A stretch of 64,000 bases of DNA from Octopus bimaculoides (GCF_001194135.2 NC_068984.1:65562411-65626410), one strand, 5' to 3'; numbered from the stretch's first letter, positions 1 through 14,145 are shown. Numbers and translations: made by a program. The notes: generated by a model not told the origin, from the letters alone.

Positions 1-1619
1 ATGTAACCAGACCATTACAATATTTTAGGGAAGATTTCCCTTTTATAGTATTTGTATATTCCTCCAGATTAAAACCAATATTAAGAAAAACTAAGTTTAC
101 AAAGATGATGTCACAATAAACAAATCTAGGCTATTTTTCTCTTGTTTATGACAGTAAAAATCCTTACTGAGCAGAGGAAGCTTCATGTATGCGATGATCT
201 ATCTTTTCTCAGTGACCACGCAGCATACATAGCACATGTTAACATGGCAATTTGCAATAGAACAGATATACTGACATAGAAATTCCAGATAGAATCCCAT
301 TAAAACTACTGCTCTGTATAAAGTTGCATGGGCGAATACAGTATTACAGACACATTCAATGCAAGCGAGTATGGAAAAAAATAATGTTTAAAACTACTGC
401 AGATGCTGATTAATTTATATATCTTTTTCTTTATCAAAATTATCATGAAAACAACTCTCTCTCTCAGCAAAAACACTTAAATAGCAAGCAATTTAACAAA
501 TTATCAATATAAGAAAATTTAGGTTAATTTATTATAAGGCTACAGAAAATTGCATCATAGTCTTCTTGTAGACAAATAACCTCATCATATTATGACTTCC
601 TAAGAATTATTGATAACATTCTATTTTCCTCAACCTACTCATTGGATTATTTGGCAAAGCATACTTTTAAAAAGAGCTGCCTTAAAACGGTTTACTTGTT
701 TTTTATTCTCAGAAGTAATTAATTGCAAGTTCAACAATACACAAACATTGATAGTATTTTCAGCCAATGGATAATTATCAGAAGACTATTTATAAACTCT
801 TCAGTAATTAAAATTAGATACATGAGAGCTCTCAGAAATAAATATGCAGTTTAATCAGTTATATTCCCAATCCCATGAAGCCTCAGTTGCCCTTCATCTA
901 ACATATTAACAGTAACAAATATAATGCTGTGACTTGACTTCAAACGAATTTTGGGACATGAAAACTTGTTAATGAATTTTTAAACAATAATATATCAATT
1001 AGAGAAAGCCAGTACAAAGACAGAAAGCAATGCAGTTGTTTCTCAAGGCATTTAATCTCAGTGATTTTGAATCTGCTAAGAGCAAGAATAATTGTTTAAT
1101 TATTTCTTTATGCATTAAAATCAATTCTAAAAATTGAAAAAAATATATAATAGAATAAATTATAAAAGATTATTATAGTTTTACAAGAGTATTTTGCTGA
1201 AGAAAGTGAAGGAATTCTAAGCGTAACATGAAATGTTTTCTCATTACCATATACCTGCATCTAAAATCTGCTTCAGAATCTGAAACCCCATAATACTAAC
1301 AGATCCGACATGTCTGCTCAAATTCTAAAGGAACTAGCAACCAGGCTATCCTTGTTCTGACATTAATCTTGCTGGAATTATCATACTGCTCATGCATTCT
1401 TAAGGACTGAAAGCAGGTATTGATTTTGTCCAGTGTTTAAACATGGAAAATTATATAAAGCCGAATAGAGAACTCAGATCAATATCCATCATGTGTATTA
1501 TCTAAAAAATAATGCAACTCAGAATCCATTGCTGCAGCATTAAGTATTCATCTTCCCATTCCTTTAATAACAGATAGCCACTACAACATCAAACATGAAA
1601 ACTGCATTGAGTGCAAATT

Positions 1620-2770
1620 ATCATCACTTTTTGTCCATTTTCCATTTCTATGGGCCATCATGGTCTGAATCACTTATTTGGAGTTACTGCTCTCTTAGAT
1701 AAATTAGAGGACCACCTTTTATGCTTGGCATGACTTCTGTGGCTGGGTGGTCTTCCTAACACCTACTTTTTTTATGGAATGTGCTGGATACGGTTTAGCA
1801 TGACACTAGAACTAGAGAAGTTATCATGCCCTCAACAAGACATGTATAAAAGGGCCTCATAATTCAATATTGTTTCCACTTCACATAGTTTAATGGGTAC
1901 ATTCTTAACATTGTACCACATTAATGATTTTAGTTGTTACACCATAACAAAAAGAAAATGTCAATACTACTTTGTGTTGACCATCTGAATGAATACAAGA
2001 GAGGGCGATTGCAGCCTATGTAGGAAGGTGAGAGGAAGAAAGAAATAAGAACATGTTGGGATAAACAGAGTGACTGGGTGACAGTTTGGAGGAAGAAGTG
2101 CCTGAAGCATTGCACTTAATGAGAAGCATTTTATTGCCAACTGAGGTAATAACTCTCTGAGCTTTTTCCAGCCATTTTTTATTCAGGTTGTTAAACTCTA
2201 CTTTAAAAACACTCACCTGGAATGTTAATTCAGTCTTCTAGGTAACAAAAATTCTCAACAATTTCTAGAGATTGGGCATTTGAGAGAATATATTTCATAT
2301 GTATTCTTAGTGATCCTGTGTATCAGCTGCAGATGAAGTTTATCTTATGCATTAGCATTCCTGTGATTCTGCCATTTCTCTTGTTCATTCATTGTTTAAC
2401 AGTATCCTTGATATCATATCATTCAGAAATATATCGGGATGCTAATCTAGATGTTGACAATATTTTCCAAGACACCTCTAAAGTACAGAATCATATCAGC
2501 CAATGATATTACTGTCTGGAGTTACAATACTGCAGAACATGAGTGGAAAACTTCATAAATGGATCTCTTTCAATCCCTCAGAGAGGGATCATAAATAACT
2601 TGCCAGACGGAAGTATTTCTATCAACAATTTTCCAGTATTAAAGTAGGATGGTACAAACAGTTAAAATGTGCTCAAGACTGTGACAAATGTAAATTCGTA
2701 AAGTAGACAAAAGAATCTAACTACTAAAGATGGCATTATCCATATGTAGCTTGAAGAATATACTCGAGAA
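1620..2770 (-). mobile_element. Heavily decayed RTE-type non-LTR retrotransposon (C-terminal ORF2 plus 3' UTR)
   Basis: The minus strand at 2234-2272 reads SLEIVENFCYLED, matching the ..VDSFRYL.DQ motif of the better-preserved RTE at 17.8 kb. 1620-1780 resembles the family's 3' UTR and tail (tccattttccat...ggctgggtggtcttcctaac). Many stops. Confidence 0.5.
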
Positions 2771-2823
2771 CTAAAGTATGTTTATATAACTTTCCTGTCA
2801 TAAGCAGGAAGCTCCTCAAAAAA

Positions 2824-3370
2824 ATCAGGTGTCACAAGATGTGGCACCCACCAAGCAGAAACATTCCTCAGGCCAAGTTCATTGTACAGAATATTTTCAA
2901 CTCTTTCACAGCATATGCTAATAGCATGTGGCTATTTGAGTTATAGTGAGTTGCTTGTCACCCATGACCATGTAGCGAACACAATCAATGTTTTTTTGCA
3001 ATGATGGCAGTTACAGGATGTTCAGACTTTGGGTCATCTTCAAGACTCTCCCTTCCCCTCCTAAATTTAGCTGCACTGTTGATGAAGCTGGAATCATCCT
3101 TTACTGTAGCAACTGTGTCGGCATGAATGTTCTTTGGGGCTATACTATTTTTCTGAGGGTATTTCATAGCACTAAAATACCAAATTTTGCCCATTTTAAA
3201 AAGAAGTTGCCACAAGTTGCTTTTGAAGTCTTCTTTGAACAGATGTCAGTTAACATGGAATGAATTAATGCACTCACAAGAAAAGTAGGAAATTAATGCA
3301 TGCAAGATTTCATAGTTCAAAGTATTGCTCTTTCATTGTCAGCCTATGAACTTTTTCACCCACCCTTGTA
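2824..3370 (-). mobile_element. Mariner (Tc1/mariner) transposon, 5' half, decayed
   Basis: The minus strand starts TACAAGGGTGGGTGAAAAAGTTC (TIR-like, TA at 3369-3370), with ATG at 3194 (MGKIWY). It encodes KFRRGRESLEDDPKSEHPVTA (mariner HTH) and, after frameshifts, ELGLRNVSAWWVPHLVTPD (WVPHEL-type motif). It is truncated before the DDD domain. Confidence 0.85.
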
Positions 3371-6238
3371 TTGTAAATAGCATTTTGTTTTCTTAATCGA
3401 AATATATAAGGTTTTGATAATGGGACACAGATGCCCATCATACAGTTACCACAGTAGAGGCATACATACAGAGCTGAGTAACAGAAAAATCAAGGCAAAG
3501 AAGTGTACCCAAATAATTGTGGGAAAAGCAGCTTCTGTATCTTTCTGGCAAGACATAGAACTGAGTTCACCTACATATATTCCACAATAGATGTAATTAC
3601 AGGGCTTGTAAGTTTGATAAGTCTAACTTCCTGAATAGAAAAAAATAGTCCAAAATAATGACAATATAAAAACTGAAACAATGTATCTAAATAATACAGA
3701 AATCGAACATGAAAAAGTTTTTTATGTTGCCATCAGTTTGAGATAGCAAGTGTATAATGATGACAATATCTTTTCTAGTCTATGCATTTATGAATACTCT
3801 AAACAGATCAGGAAAATATAAGTGTTGAAATAGAAACAATAAATTGAAAATATTTACTTATGTATGCTCCAGAAATATAAGCTATGTTATTAAATTTCAT
3901 ATGTAAAATGTAAAGTAATATTGACAAAGATCGATTAGGAAAATTATTCTTAGATCAGAGGCAGGTGACCTGTATACAGTTACTGTACCCTAAACAGCAC
4001 TCAAGAATTCACAAAAACATCTTAGGTGCATTATTATTTGTCAGGTGTCAATTCTATGCTAGATTAATTTGACAAGTTGTTACTGTTTTGCCTTGTTTCT
4101 TCTTTTACAAGATATTGCATTTTCTTTCAACAACTGAAATTTATGATTATTTATTATTTTTTTTTTTCAAAGCATTTCATTTTGTTCAGTTTACTTGAGT
4201 ATTCGTTGATTTTTGTTTCTTGCTTCACCTTAGCACTCTGACAAATGCAAAGCTAAAACAGTTTATGATTACAACAATGAATAATGCATCATTTTCTTTC
4301 TTATTTTACTTTCTTTTTGTTTTGCATTTATTAAAAAGTGTTTAAATCACAGAAGCCTTTCTTTATTTGATCTTTTCTTCTACTCAGAAAGCTGTTGCTA
4401 ATTTTTGAAGGAAATTTTGATGGGAAAAAATGTTTGCTTTTAGTTCAAATTGAATCTTGGACACATGTTTAAGTTCTTGGATCTAAGCCAACTATCCACA
4501 ATTTAGTTACTAACAAGAAAGATTTGTATCACTTTAGTCTGCATTCTGTAGAGATGGTTTGTATTCTATAGGAAATATAACTAACATTTGAGAATAAACA
4601 GGTAATAGGCTGACAACGTGAAGAACATGACTGTTGCACCAAAGACTTGTACTCATAAATTAAGTGCAACCGTAAGAAGAAAAAGAGAGCAGTATTTGTA
4701 TAAAATATTCTCAACTAACTAGCATTCTACTTATTTTTATCTTTGAAATAGCTGATGTTTCACATTAATATTTAATAACCAAAAAACGTCCATGATCAAA
4801 GGAGGGGCTCAAATGAGAAAATCTACAGATAAAACATTTTACTAAGTTCTAAGTACCTTAATCCATATTAAAAAATATCATTGCTAAAACAATCTATTCT
4901 GCATCCCATTTTGCAGCATACAGCTGCAAGAATTTTCATCATATGGAAATTACAAATTCCATAGAAACTTAACCTTTAGCATAATATTCAAGCTAAGCTT
5001 TTGAGTTACAGGTACAGTTCATCTATCAGAAAGTTTTTGTTTACCCATTTTCATTCACAAGACGCAGGTAGATGCAGAGCTATAGTTAGTATAGTTTGGA
5101 TGGATTAATACAGTCTTAAGTCAATACTTATTCAGCCAGCCATAAAAATCCTGCCTTGAATAAGCTTCCATCCAAATCCATGCTAGCATGAAGAAACAGG
5201 CATTAAACTAATGAACAAATATATGCATATCAGTACATATACATAAATACAGTCATAAATATAAAGTCATCAATTTCTTTGGTTACTTGGTGCTTCAGTA
5301 ATGATTTCTTTCATCAGCACAAAATCGCACTGTTTCAGGAGAATGGTCAATAGGAGTTATCCAGTTACTATTGCAAAAAAATATTTTCTCACTCCCAGTA
5401 TAACAAAGCTGGTGTTAAAATTTGTATTTTGGGTGTTATTGCTGAAGATATGTTATAGAACATCAACAATTAATACTCTGTTATATTTAAGACTGAGTTC
5501 TCTTTTTATAAAATAAATGAAAAAAAAAAAAAAAAAATTCAGTCCCCATAAAAGTAATATTTAAAACAACTTTTTCACATACCATTCTTTCCATAAACTA
5601 AAATATCACCTATTGCTGTCAACTTCTACTTCCTAGCAACACTGAAATTTCATGACAAAACTTTTAGTTGCCTGAGCTGCTAGAAATAGCAGCCAAACCA
5701 CTCTACTGTGTTAAAAAAAATGGAAGTATAGATTGGACGGACGATATAGCCTGTGATGCATTATGTCATTTAAAACAATAGTATAGTCATAGACAGAATG
5801 TCTCTGATAATAAGTCTGCTCAGTCAGTGATGATCTGATCAACAACATCAAATACTCATTTGCTATGTAGACTATTTGTTTGAAAAAGTATTAAAATCAT
5901 GATAACTATTAAATAGAGTGTAGAAAAATGTTCAGATTAAGATTTTCTAGCAATTTTGATACCATTCATAAAAGAAAAACTTTTGTAAAACATTAAGTAA
6001 CATTTTTATTGAGGTTTATGGTTTGATTACTGAAGAAAAGTCTGAACAACACATCTTCCAATGCTCCTTTACCTTATTCTGGAAGAATAACCAAGTAACC
6101 TAGTTTGGTTGATTGTCTCTAATCATCCAGCCTTGATTATTTTAAAACTGTATTGCAGAGGATATCATATCTTTCTAATTGATATTTGCACAAATTTACC
6201 AGACATCTTGCAGTAATAATAATATCCATTCTTCTTAC

Positions 6239-6273
6239 CGCTTCAAGTTTTTGCAATTTAAATGACATCTTTG
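6239..6273 (-). other. Candidate 35-nt exon, minus strand
   Basis: ttttactctttttttttttaatcattcag|CAAAGATGTCATTTAAATTGCAAAAACTTGAAGCG|gtaaga: strong acceptor and donor. Could encode MSFKLQKLEA. No homology recognised. Confidence 0.3.
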
Positions 6274-6795
6274 CTGAATGATTAAAAAAAAAAAGAGTAA
6301 AAAACAAAAATAGTTTGGCTTTCATATAAAATACAGACCTCATATCTTCTTATATATGCATTTGTTTTCCTTTAAAATTACTTTTGTTGGAATTAGAATG
6401 CTTTATAGTGGGACAAGTCAAATGAAAATGAAAGTTTGAAAGCGCAACATATTTTTTGACTGAAACATTTTTCTGTCAAAACAATTGACTATGAAATGAG
6501 CAATCCTACTTATTATTCTCTATATATTCTGTCTGTGTGTGGGGCTCATATACTAGTTAATATTTTGGTGCTTTCTAAATTAATGTCACTAATTTTTTGT
6601 TTTCTAACAGGATTTTTAAGCATAAGCATATGAAGTAAAGCTCTTTCATAAAAATTCTACATGCTGTACCATACTACATTAATTATAGCCATTTCAATGT
6701 AGGTTTATATTTTATAGATGCATTTGCTTCTTTTTCAGTCAGCACATTTTAAATTATACACAATATATGAACTCATAAAAGCTTAACTTTATTAA

Positions 6796-7015
6796 CCCTT
6801 TCACTACCAACCCAGCTGAAACCAGCTCTGCCTCTGAGTACTTATGTCTTGTTTCCATAAGTTTTGAATTAAAATCTTCCACCAAATCTTAGTCACAATT
6901 TATGTTCCTAACACTAGCTGAGTAATAACTAAATTATTTTACTAAATTTTTTGTTATATTTAAAGTAATTGAAAGAAACACAGAGCATCTCAAAATTAAT
7001 ACAGTAACGAAAGGG
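6796..7015. mobile_element. piggyBac-type MITE (220 bp)
   Basis: TTAA at 6792-6795 and 7016-7019 flank CCCTTTCACTAC...GTAACGAAAGGG, an imperfect TIR beginning CCC. No ORF. Confidence 0.8.
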
Positions 7016-7174
7016 TTAAAGAAAACTGGTTATTGTTTGCATTTGAATTGTAATCAACTAATGGCAAGAGATCAATGTCATTTGGCTGTCTTTATTATTA
7101 GCATTATCCTTTTGATTAGATAAATATATGTTGTGTGAATAAAGATCTCAGTATTAATAAAATGAATTAATGCA

Positions 7175-7390
7175 ACAAGCTGGCAGAATCATTAACAGGC
7201 CAGGTAAAATGCTTAGTGGCATTTTGCCCATGTTTATGCTTCAGTTCAAATTCCGTTGAGGACATCTTTACTTTACATCCTTTCAGGGTCGATGAAATGA
7301 GTACCAGTCAAGTACTGAGTGTTGATGTGATCAACTTACTCTTGCCTCCAAAATTGCTGGCTTTGTGTCAAAATTTGAAACCAATATTAA
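7175..7390 (+). mobile_element. tRNA-derived SINE, family A
   Basis: gctggcagaatc...gttcaaattcc (B-box-like), then the central domain catcctttcagggtcgatgaaatgagtaccag shared by more than 10 copies in the window. Confidence 0.8.
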
Positions 7391-8159
7391 TAAAATGAGT
7401 TATTTAAATCGTTATGTAATATTTGGGGAGGTGCCCTGCATGACCACAAGGCAATCACTGAAATGAGTAAAGAAATAAAAGAAAGAATCAAGGAAGTAAG
7501 AAAATATTCCTCTAACGAATTAAAACATCACAGCATCATAGAAGTTAAATCATTAGGAGGCTCTGAACATATAATCCATGGGTCACAAATCAATTTTTTG
7601 TCATGTGCAACTGTAAAATAACCTATTATACTTATCTCAATTTGTTTTACAGGAAATATATTAATACTAATTTCAACAAATAGCTGTCATGAAAACAGAT
7701 ATAAATTTATATTAAAATTGTTCCAAACACTAAGTATCTAATTAGGTGATAACAATTGTGGTGATGATGATGATCATAATGACCATGATGGTGTATGTGT
7801 GTGTGTGTGTACATACACATGCATGCTTGTATAAGTATGAATGGGTAAGATACTGAGATACCAGCCTATATCTTTGAGTTCATATCTTGTATGCTATTAA
7901 ACAAAATGCTATTCTCTGTGTAGTTTAAATTTATTCTACTTATTCTGTGACAGATTTCTTTCCTCTCTCTTAGTGCTAGCAACACCTAGGTGATGTTAGT
8001 AGACTTTATATTTTAATTCAAATTATTATATATTAAATGGAATATATAAGTAAGAGAATTTCAAGAATGATCTTTGATAAACAATTGTGAAAAGTTAATA
8101 TCAGTTTAAATGTAGTGTAACTGAACCTATTGTGATAACTACATAGAAATATTTTTCTA

Positions 8160-8760
8160 TCACTGTAATGTTTATTAGATACGATATACCAGCAACTGGT
8201 TTTATAGAGAAGTTTGTCATAGGAGATATAGATCAGTTATAAATCCATATTTAACTGATGGATAAAACTTTAGGATGTTACTAGACAATATGGTATCACC
8301 ATAATCAAGCATAAATACCAGGATAGCAATATATTTATTTCCTTTATTAGATTTGAGCAAGAATATATTTTGTCACTTTCTCTACAAGTGAGCAGAAGGC
8401 AGATCTGGTCAAAAGCAGATGACAACAGCTTCAGCATGCTGACCATTCTTTGTACAGAGCAGCTCATGACTGATACGTAAGAGCAAGAAATGAAGACTAT
8501 CTTAAATCACACAGTATGGAGTCTTGCCCTACCTTGAAACAATATTTACTTTCAATTAAGAAGAGTACAGTGTTTTTGGCCCTATACTTTATAAACTCAC
8601 TGAACTTAGACCTCCCTCTGATTGTTTGGCCAAAATTCAACATCTTGTGATACACAATATCAGGCACACCATAACAATTTCTAATATGAAGCCTTGTTTT
8701 TAAAATCATCAGCTGTATAATACCATTAAACGATATCTAGTCACATGGTCACTTTCAAGT
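8160..8760 (-). mobile_element. Very decayed non-LTR RT fragment (I/Jockey-like)
   Basis: The minus strand gives YTADDF (8702-8719, YxDD-like) and, downstream, MLDYGDTI (about 8289-8312, LDYG motif of the LINE RT thumb region), interrupted by stops and frameshifts. Confidence 0.4.
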
Positions 8761-10759
8761 TATGTACAGAATCAATTTCCATAATGAATCAGTAATCAGT
8801 CTAAACAATAATTCATTTCTCAAATACAAAAGAGTGGCAAACTAATTTGGTGGGATTCTTTTATCATTTTTTTTTTTTTTTTTTTTGGTAACCTTTTGTC
8901 AACTTCCTAAGATTCTTATTTACTTCATTAGTACTCTTTTTCTGTTTGATGTAAATAGAGGAGAATAATTTCATAACTTATATTAAAAGTTCTGAAAGCT
9001 CCCGAACAATTTTACTTGGCATAGATTCAATGACAGCTTTCAATTCATCAGAAATGGCAGTCATCCATTTTTCATAAGGCATATCTTAAGTGACGCATCT
9101 CAAAACAAAAGCCTTCTATGACGTATATTCACTTATTTTTTGTAGGTAGTGTGCATTTGTCATAGGTTTATAAACATTTAATAAATGTGCATGCAGACAG
9201 AATTTCATGGTACCCTTTTTCTGATGAAATTTATTATTACAGCAGGCTATTATATATGTGTGCTTTATATCAAATTACTTCCCATAGAAATTAATAATAT
9301 ATTATCTAATGTATACTGCCAGTCAGACAACTTTATTTGAGAATTCAGCAATATATTCAGATGAAAATCAAAAGTGAATACTACAAAAGTTCTGTATATG
9401 AAAAGAAGAATATATTTCATAATACTTAATGGAATGCAGTGTAAAGACAAAAGGCTTCATCATCATATAGTGTCATGCTTATACTTTTCCAGGTAATTAA
9501 GTATGGTTAGAAATTACATATATAAACCAGGAATAAGTGAAGTGAAATGGTCCAGACATTTCACTTCACTGAAATGCATCAGATATTCAGCTTACCAAGA
9601 ACTTAATAGTCATCAATAACTTTACACACTCACACAAACACACCACATACACACACATCTCTGCAGAGATGTACACTGTTGTGTGTTGTGAGTATGTATC
9701 ACATTACAATCAGTAGATTGTGTGTCCATGCAAGATGATGCTTAATTACCTTAATTAACAGAAAAGGCTCAAATAGCAATAGAACCTGTATTGTCAATCT
9801 CCCAAGAGTTTATCGCCAGTCCATAGTGCTTATTTTATAGATATGTGTATATGAATTAACAATGGACTTATTTGTGTAAATCATGCATACTACCTGTGTT
9901 TGCTTGTCTATATACATGCTTCCACCTATGGGCATTTGTATGAGTATGAATGTATACGTGTTGTTTTCTGCAAACTCCTGACAAAAATAACGAATTTAAA
10001 ATATTCCCAATATTAAGTGACATGAATAGTACAGTGAAAAGAATGATGCTGCTTAAAATTGATGATTTATAGGTGAAAGATTAAGCCATTTTTCATAGCT
10101 CTATCTTGCTTGTATACAAAACATATGAAAAGGTGCTGACTAAGGAAAGAAAAGCATTTATTTTGCTTTCATTGTGAGTCTATTATTGTACATTATGTAC
10201 ATAATATTGTAATATTGGTCTTTCTGCATAATATTATATTCATCAGAGATACTCAATATATAAGGCAAGGGGTGCACAGCAGAGCTAATTGACTGATGAT
10301 ATGACTCTTTTTCCTATATAGGTTAGGAATAATGTCATGAATACAAGATAATATATTGAATACCTAACTTAATCCTAAATGTTTTCTTGTACTAGCCTCA
10401 GAAGTGTATAGAAATGATATAGTTTCCTGTAGTCTTATGGTATTTACAAACACAAATAAAGCAGTTGTCAAGAGTAAGTTGTTGGTCTACTAACCTAAAA
10501 TGTTCCAACAGACAATAAAGTACTATGTGTTCTTTTTTTTAAAAATAAAATAAAGACAAATAATTTACTTGCCAATTTGACCAAGCAGAAAAATATCTAT
10601 CATCCCTGGTTCATGGTTGAGTTGATGGCTTTAAGAAATAATCAATATTCAAAACAACTGCTTCAACAATTCATGAAACTGTCTGAATTAGCACAACCAT
10701 TCCATCTGGTATGGAAATTACATATAACAAGATCTATTAAAATAACAACAAAAACAACA

Positions 10760-10945
10760 AAAGAAGGAGGAGGGGAGGACATGGGGAGAAAAGGCAAAGA
10801 GAAGAAAGAGAAGAGAAGAGAAAGAGGGGAAGGGGGGGAGAAAAGTAGAGGGAAGAGAATGAAGAAAGGAGAATAAAGAGGAGAATGAAGGAGGGAAAGT
10901 AGAAAAGGAAGAAAGAAAGAGAAAAAAAAAAAAACAGAAAGAAAG
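10760..10945 (+). repeat. Purine-rich (GA) low-complexity tract
   Basis: About 185 bp of almost only A and G. Confidence 0.85.
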
Positions 10946-11848
10946 CAGCAGTCCAGAAACGAAAATGCTGGATTTCTATTCTTCTGTTTTGCTTAGCAAA
11001 AGTAGTAAAACATTAAACAGTATTTTGTTTGATGCTTAGCATTTTTATGTTTCAAATCTTGCTAGGTTTAATTTCATATTTCAACTCCTTGTGGATAAAA
11101 AGAACCAGCAATGTACAACAATTACCTCCTTCAGTTACACAAAGATGTGTACATTTCGCTTTTACAAAAGAAATCATTTGGATTCTATAACACCAGAATA
11201 TTAGAATCAATATGTAAAGCATTTAGTAGAAAAATAGACTGATATTTTACAGGTGTAGTTTTTTTTTATTTAATGATTAAGTGGGAAATTAATTTCTAGT
11301 GTTTGGAGTCATATCTCAACAATCTAGAAAAATGAGAAATCAAAACAAGATATTGATATAATCAAATCCTTCTTGTTATTACTTCTTTGACTATGTTTAT
11401 ATCAAATATTGCTTGAATTGACATTGTTAAACTGAAATATAGTATCAATAGAAATGTGATAATTAGACATAATAAAACTGATGTGACAATAGATTATATA
11501 AAAAATATGTTTATAAACTATATTTTTGTTGTAAGTTCTGTATTTCATTTTGAAAATTGAAAATGAATTTTATAATACTATAGGTCTTTTCATAAATAAT
11601 CTCCCTTGTTTATATCTAAATGAAAAGTACTATTAATATAATACTTCTAATTCTAAATAAAGGCTACATTTCAAAAAGCATACTTTGTATTTGTCAATAA
11701 GCTATGATAAAGTATATTTATTTATATGGAAGTGAAAATTTAAACTCCACTTCTTTATTAATTAATTAAAGCTAAAGTGTTATAACATTTGTTTGCTAGC
11801 AAATTGAAGTCACTTTAATAATCATGCTAAAAACAAAACGATGATGAT

Positions 11849-11998
11849 TTGACCCCAGTACTCAACTGGTACTTATTTTATCAAGTCCAAAAGATGAAAG
11901 GCTAAGTCAACCCCAACAGAATTTGAACTCAGAACATAACGACAGACTGCTGCAAAGCATTTTGCCTGGCATGCTACAATTCTGCTAGCTTGCCACCT
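11849..11998 (-). mobile_element. SINE family A
   Basis: Reverse complement of the head and central domain (actggtacttattttatc...atttgaactcagaac...gcttgccacc). Confidence 0.8.
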
Positions 11999-12177
11999 TT
12001 TTCTTTTCTAAAATATTCTTCAATTTTTCTTAATAAGTATTATTTATATTATAAGAGAATCTCTACATGACTGCTTGACCTGCTCAGAAGATCTGCTTTC
12101 TAAACACAGCCTGTTATCTTGATATAGCAAGGACATATTAGATAATATGTATGAAGAAAAATAAAAATGAAATAATA

Positions 12178-13226
12178 ATCATTTAAATGGCAGAACATTA
12201 GCTTAAATTCATTGTAGTATTTAGTAATATGTAGTGAGCTGGCAGAATTGTTAGCACGCTGGGCGAAATACTTAGTGGTATTTTGTCTGCCATTACATTC
12301 TGAGTTCAAATTCCGCCTTTTACCCTTTCAGGGTCGATTAAATAAGTGCCAGTTATGCAATGTGGTCGACGTAATCAACTTAAACCCTTTGCTTGTCCCC
12401 TCTATGTTTTGCCCCCTGTGGACAATAAAGAAATAAATATGTCAATATATTCTGACTTAAACTCTTTCTAAGTCTGCTTCACCTTCCATCCTTTTGGGCT
12501 TTATAAGTAATAGTCAAGTACAGGAGCTGATTAATTGATTATACATTTCTAACAAAATCCCTAGCCTTGTGTTAAGGTTAGAAATCAATTATTATTGTGT
12601 TCAAGTGCTAGATATGCTAAAACACTGGCCTAAGTGTCTATGATTGTGTAGTTATATCACTGACTTGAGTTCAAATTCCAATGTTCAACTCACCTCACAT
12701 TCATTTAAAGTCAACAGTTGTATAAATTCTTTATCTGGCTTTACAGATTCATACAACAGACGAATCTGAACAAGAGATAGTATTTTTATAATGTGTATAT
12801 GCATAAGATATATATTTTGCAATTTTTTAGATATATCTTGGTAAGTTTTATGCTATATCTTGATCTTGGTCAAAAGGCAGAGAGCAGATAGTTATTTTGT
12901 AATATTAAATTTAGTATTATATTATCACTCTAAATACATTACATAGTTTGCTAGTATTCACTGTATACACATATCCAGTGTGTGTATATGTATATACATT
13001 TATATAAATGTGAAATTTTTTTGATTTGTAAACATGTAAATGCATTTTGAATTTGCATGAGCACATGTGTATTGACATTATTTTCCTATCAATTCAGAAA
13101 GGAACCCAGAATGTAATGACAGACAAAATACCACGAAGTATTTCGCCCAGCGTGCTAACGATTTTGCCAGCTCACTACATATTACTAAATACTACAATGA
13201 ATTTAAGCTAATGTTCTGTCATTTAA

Positions 13227-13231
<5 letters not shown>
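12178..13231. repeat. Inverted repeat with 130-bp arms (12178-12307 and 13102-13231), made of a SINE head plus 5' flank
   Basis: The arms are reverse complements with about 6 mismatches, and include about 55 bp upstream of the SINE head. Spacer is about 794 bp. Confidence 0.9.
12233..12436 (+). mobile_element. SINE family A, full length
   Basis: gagctggcagaattgttagcacgctgggcgaaatac...gagttcaaattccgcc...cagggtcgattaaataagtgccag...gccccctgtggacaataaag. Confidence 0.85.
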
Positions 13232-13267
<36 letters not shown>

Positions 13268-13268
13268 C
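13228..13268. repeat. (GAT)n microsatellite
   Basis: Direct reading; source of the poly-Met ORF. Confidence 0.95.
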
Positions 13269-13324
13269 ATGTCAAGTTTGTCCACAGGACCACACATTTT
13301 ACAAGAGGATATAGTTGAAATAAC

Positions 13325-13535
13325 GGTTTCAGATTTTAGCACAAGGCCAGCAAGTGCAGGAGAGGAGGGTAAGTTGGATTATATCAGCCCTAGTACTAAA
13401 CTGGTACTTATTTTATCAACCATAAAATAAAACGTTGAAGGCCCACTAAACTGGTACTTATTTTATCAGCCATAAAAGGCTGAAAGGCAAAGTCGACCAA
13501 TGTGCTAATGCTAACGATTCAGCCAGTCCACCTCC
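13325..13535 (-). mobile_element. SINE family A with an internal tandem duplication
   Basis: actaaactggtacttattttatca(a/g)ccataaaa occurs twice (about 13394-13427 and 13445-13478). Confidence 0.7.
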
Positions 13536-13861
13536 TATGCTTATTTTCTTGACCAAAGAAAGATGATTTGAACTCAGAATATAATAAGATAACTAACTCA
13601 GAAACAAAAACAACTACAAAACTATCTAGAATGAACAAGTGGTGAAACTTATTTGCTTATACATGCATGCACATATATATGTGTATGTATATATACATAT
13701 GTGTGTATGTCAACCAAGGACTAATAGCAACAGCAAGAATAATAGCAAGATTAGAAATCTGATTGACAGTACTGAATCACATACTAGAAGGCATTTAGCT
13801 GGAATCACTAATAATGCCAAATGCATTACCTTAATAATGATAATAATAATCTTTTTTACTA

Positions 13862-14062
13862 TAGACACAAAGCCTGAAATTCTGGGGGAAGGAACTAGTT
13901 GATTCCATCAACCCCAGTGTTTAACTGGTACTTAATTTATTGACCCAAAAAGGATGAAAGGCAAAGTTGAGCTTGGAAGAATTTGAACTCAGAAGGTAGC
14001 AACAGATGAAATACCACTAAGCGTTTCACCTGGCATGCTAACGATTCTGCCAGCTTGCCACC

Positions 14063-14064
<2 letters not shown>
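13862..14064 (-). mobile_element. SINE family A, next to (AAT)n at 14064-14142
   Basis: Reverse complement of the family consensus, ending gcttgccacctt directly at the AAT run. Confidence 0.85.

Positions 14065-14145
<81 letters not shown>

Noticed and set aside
2211-2230. Other AG|GT junctions: minus-strand ccag|gtgagt at 2217, and + strand ttttccag|gtaatt (9492) and tctctacag|gtacag (28914)
   Set aside because: The first lies inside LINE-derived sequence with no pyrimidine tract. The others have weaker donors and no clear branchpoint, so they are much less convincing than 53735.
7175-7390. A/B-box-like motifs suggesting tRNA genes in SINE heads
   Set aside because: No cloverleaf can be formed, and each continues into SINE body sequence.
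8351-8476. 126-nt + strand exon candidate (tttcctttattag|...GATAC|gtaaga, one open frame)
   Set aside because: It overlaps antisense to a decayed LINE RT (YTADDF, LDYGD) and the peptide is unrecognised. It cannot be fully excluded without RNA data.
10577-10876. 99-aa + strand ORF (KNIYHPWFMVELMAL...)
   Set aside because: Its second half is translated GA low-complexity sequence, and it has no convincing acceptor or homology.
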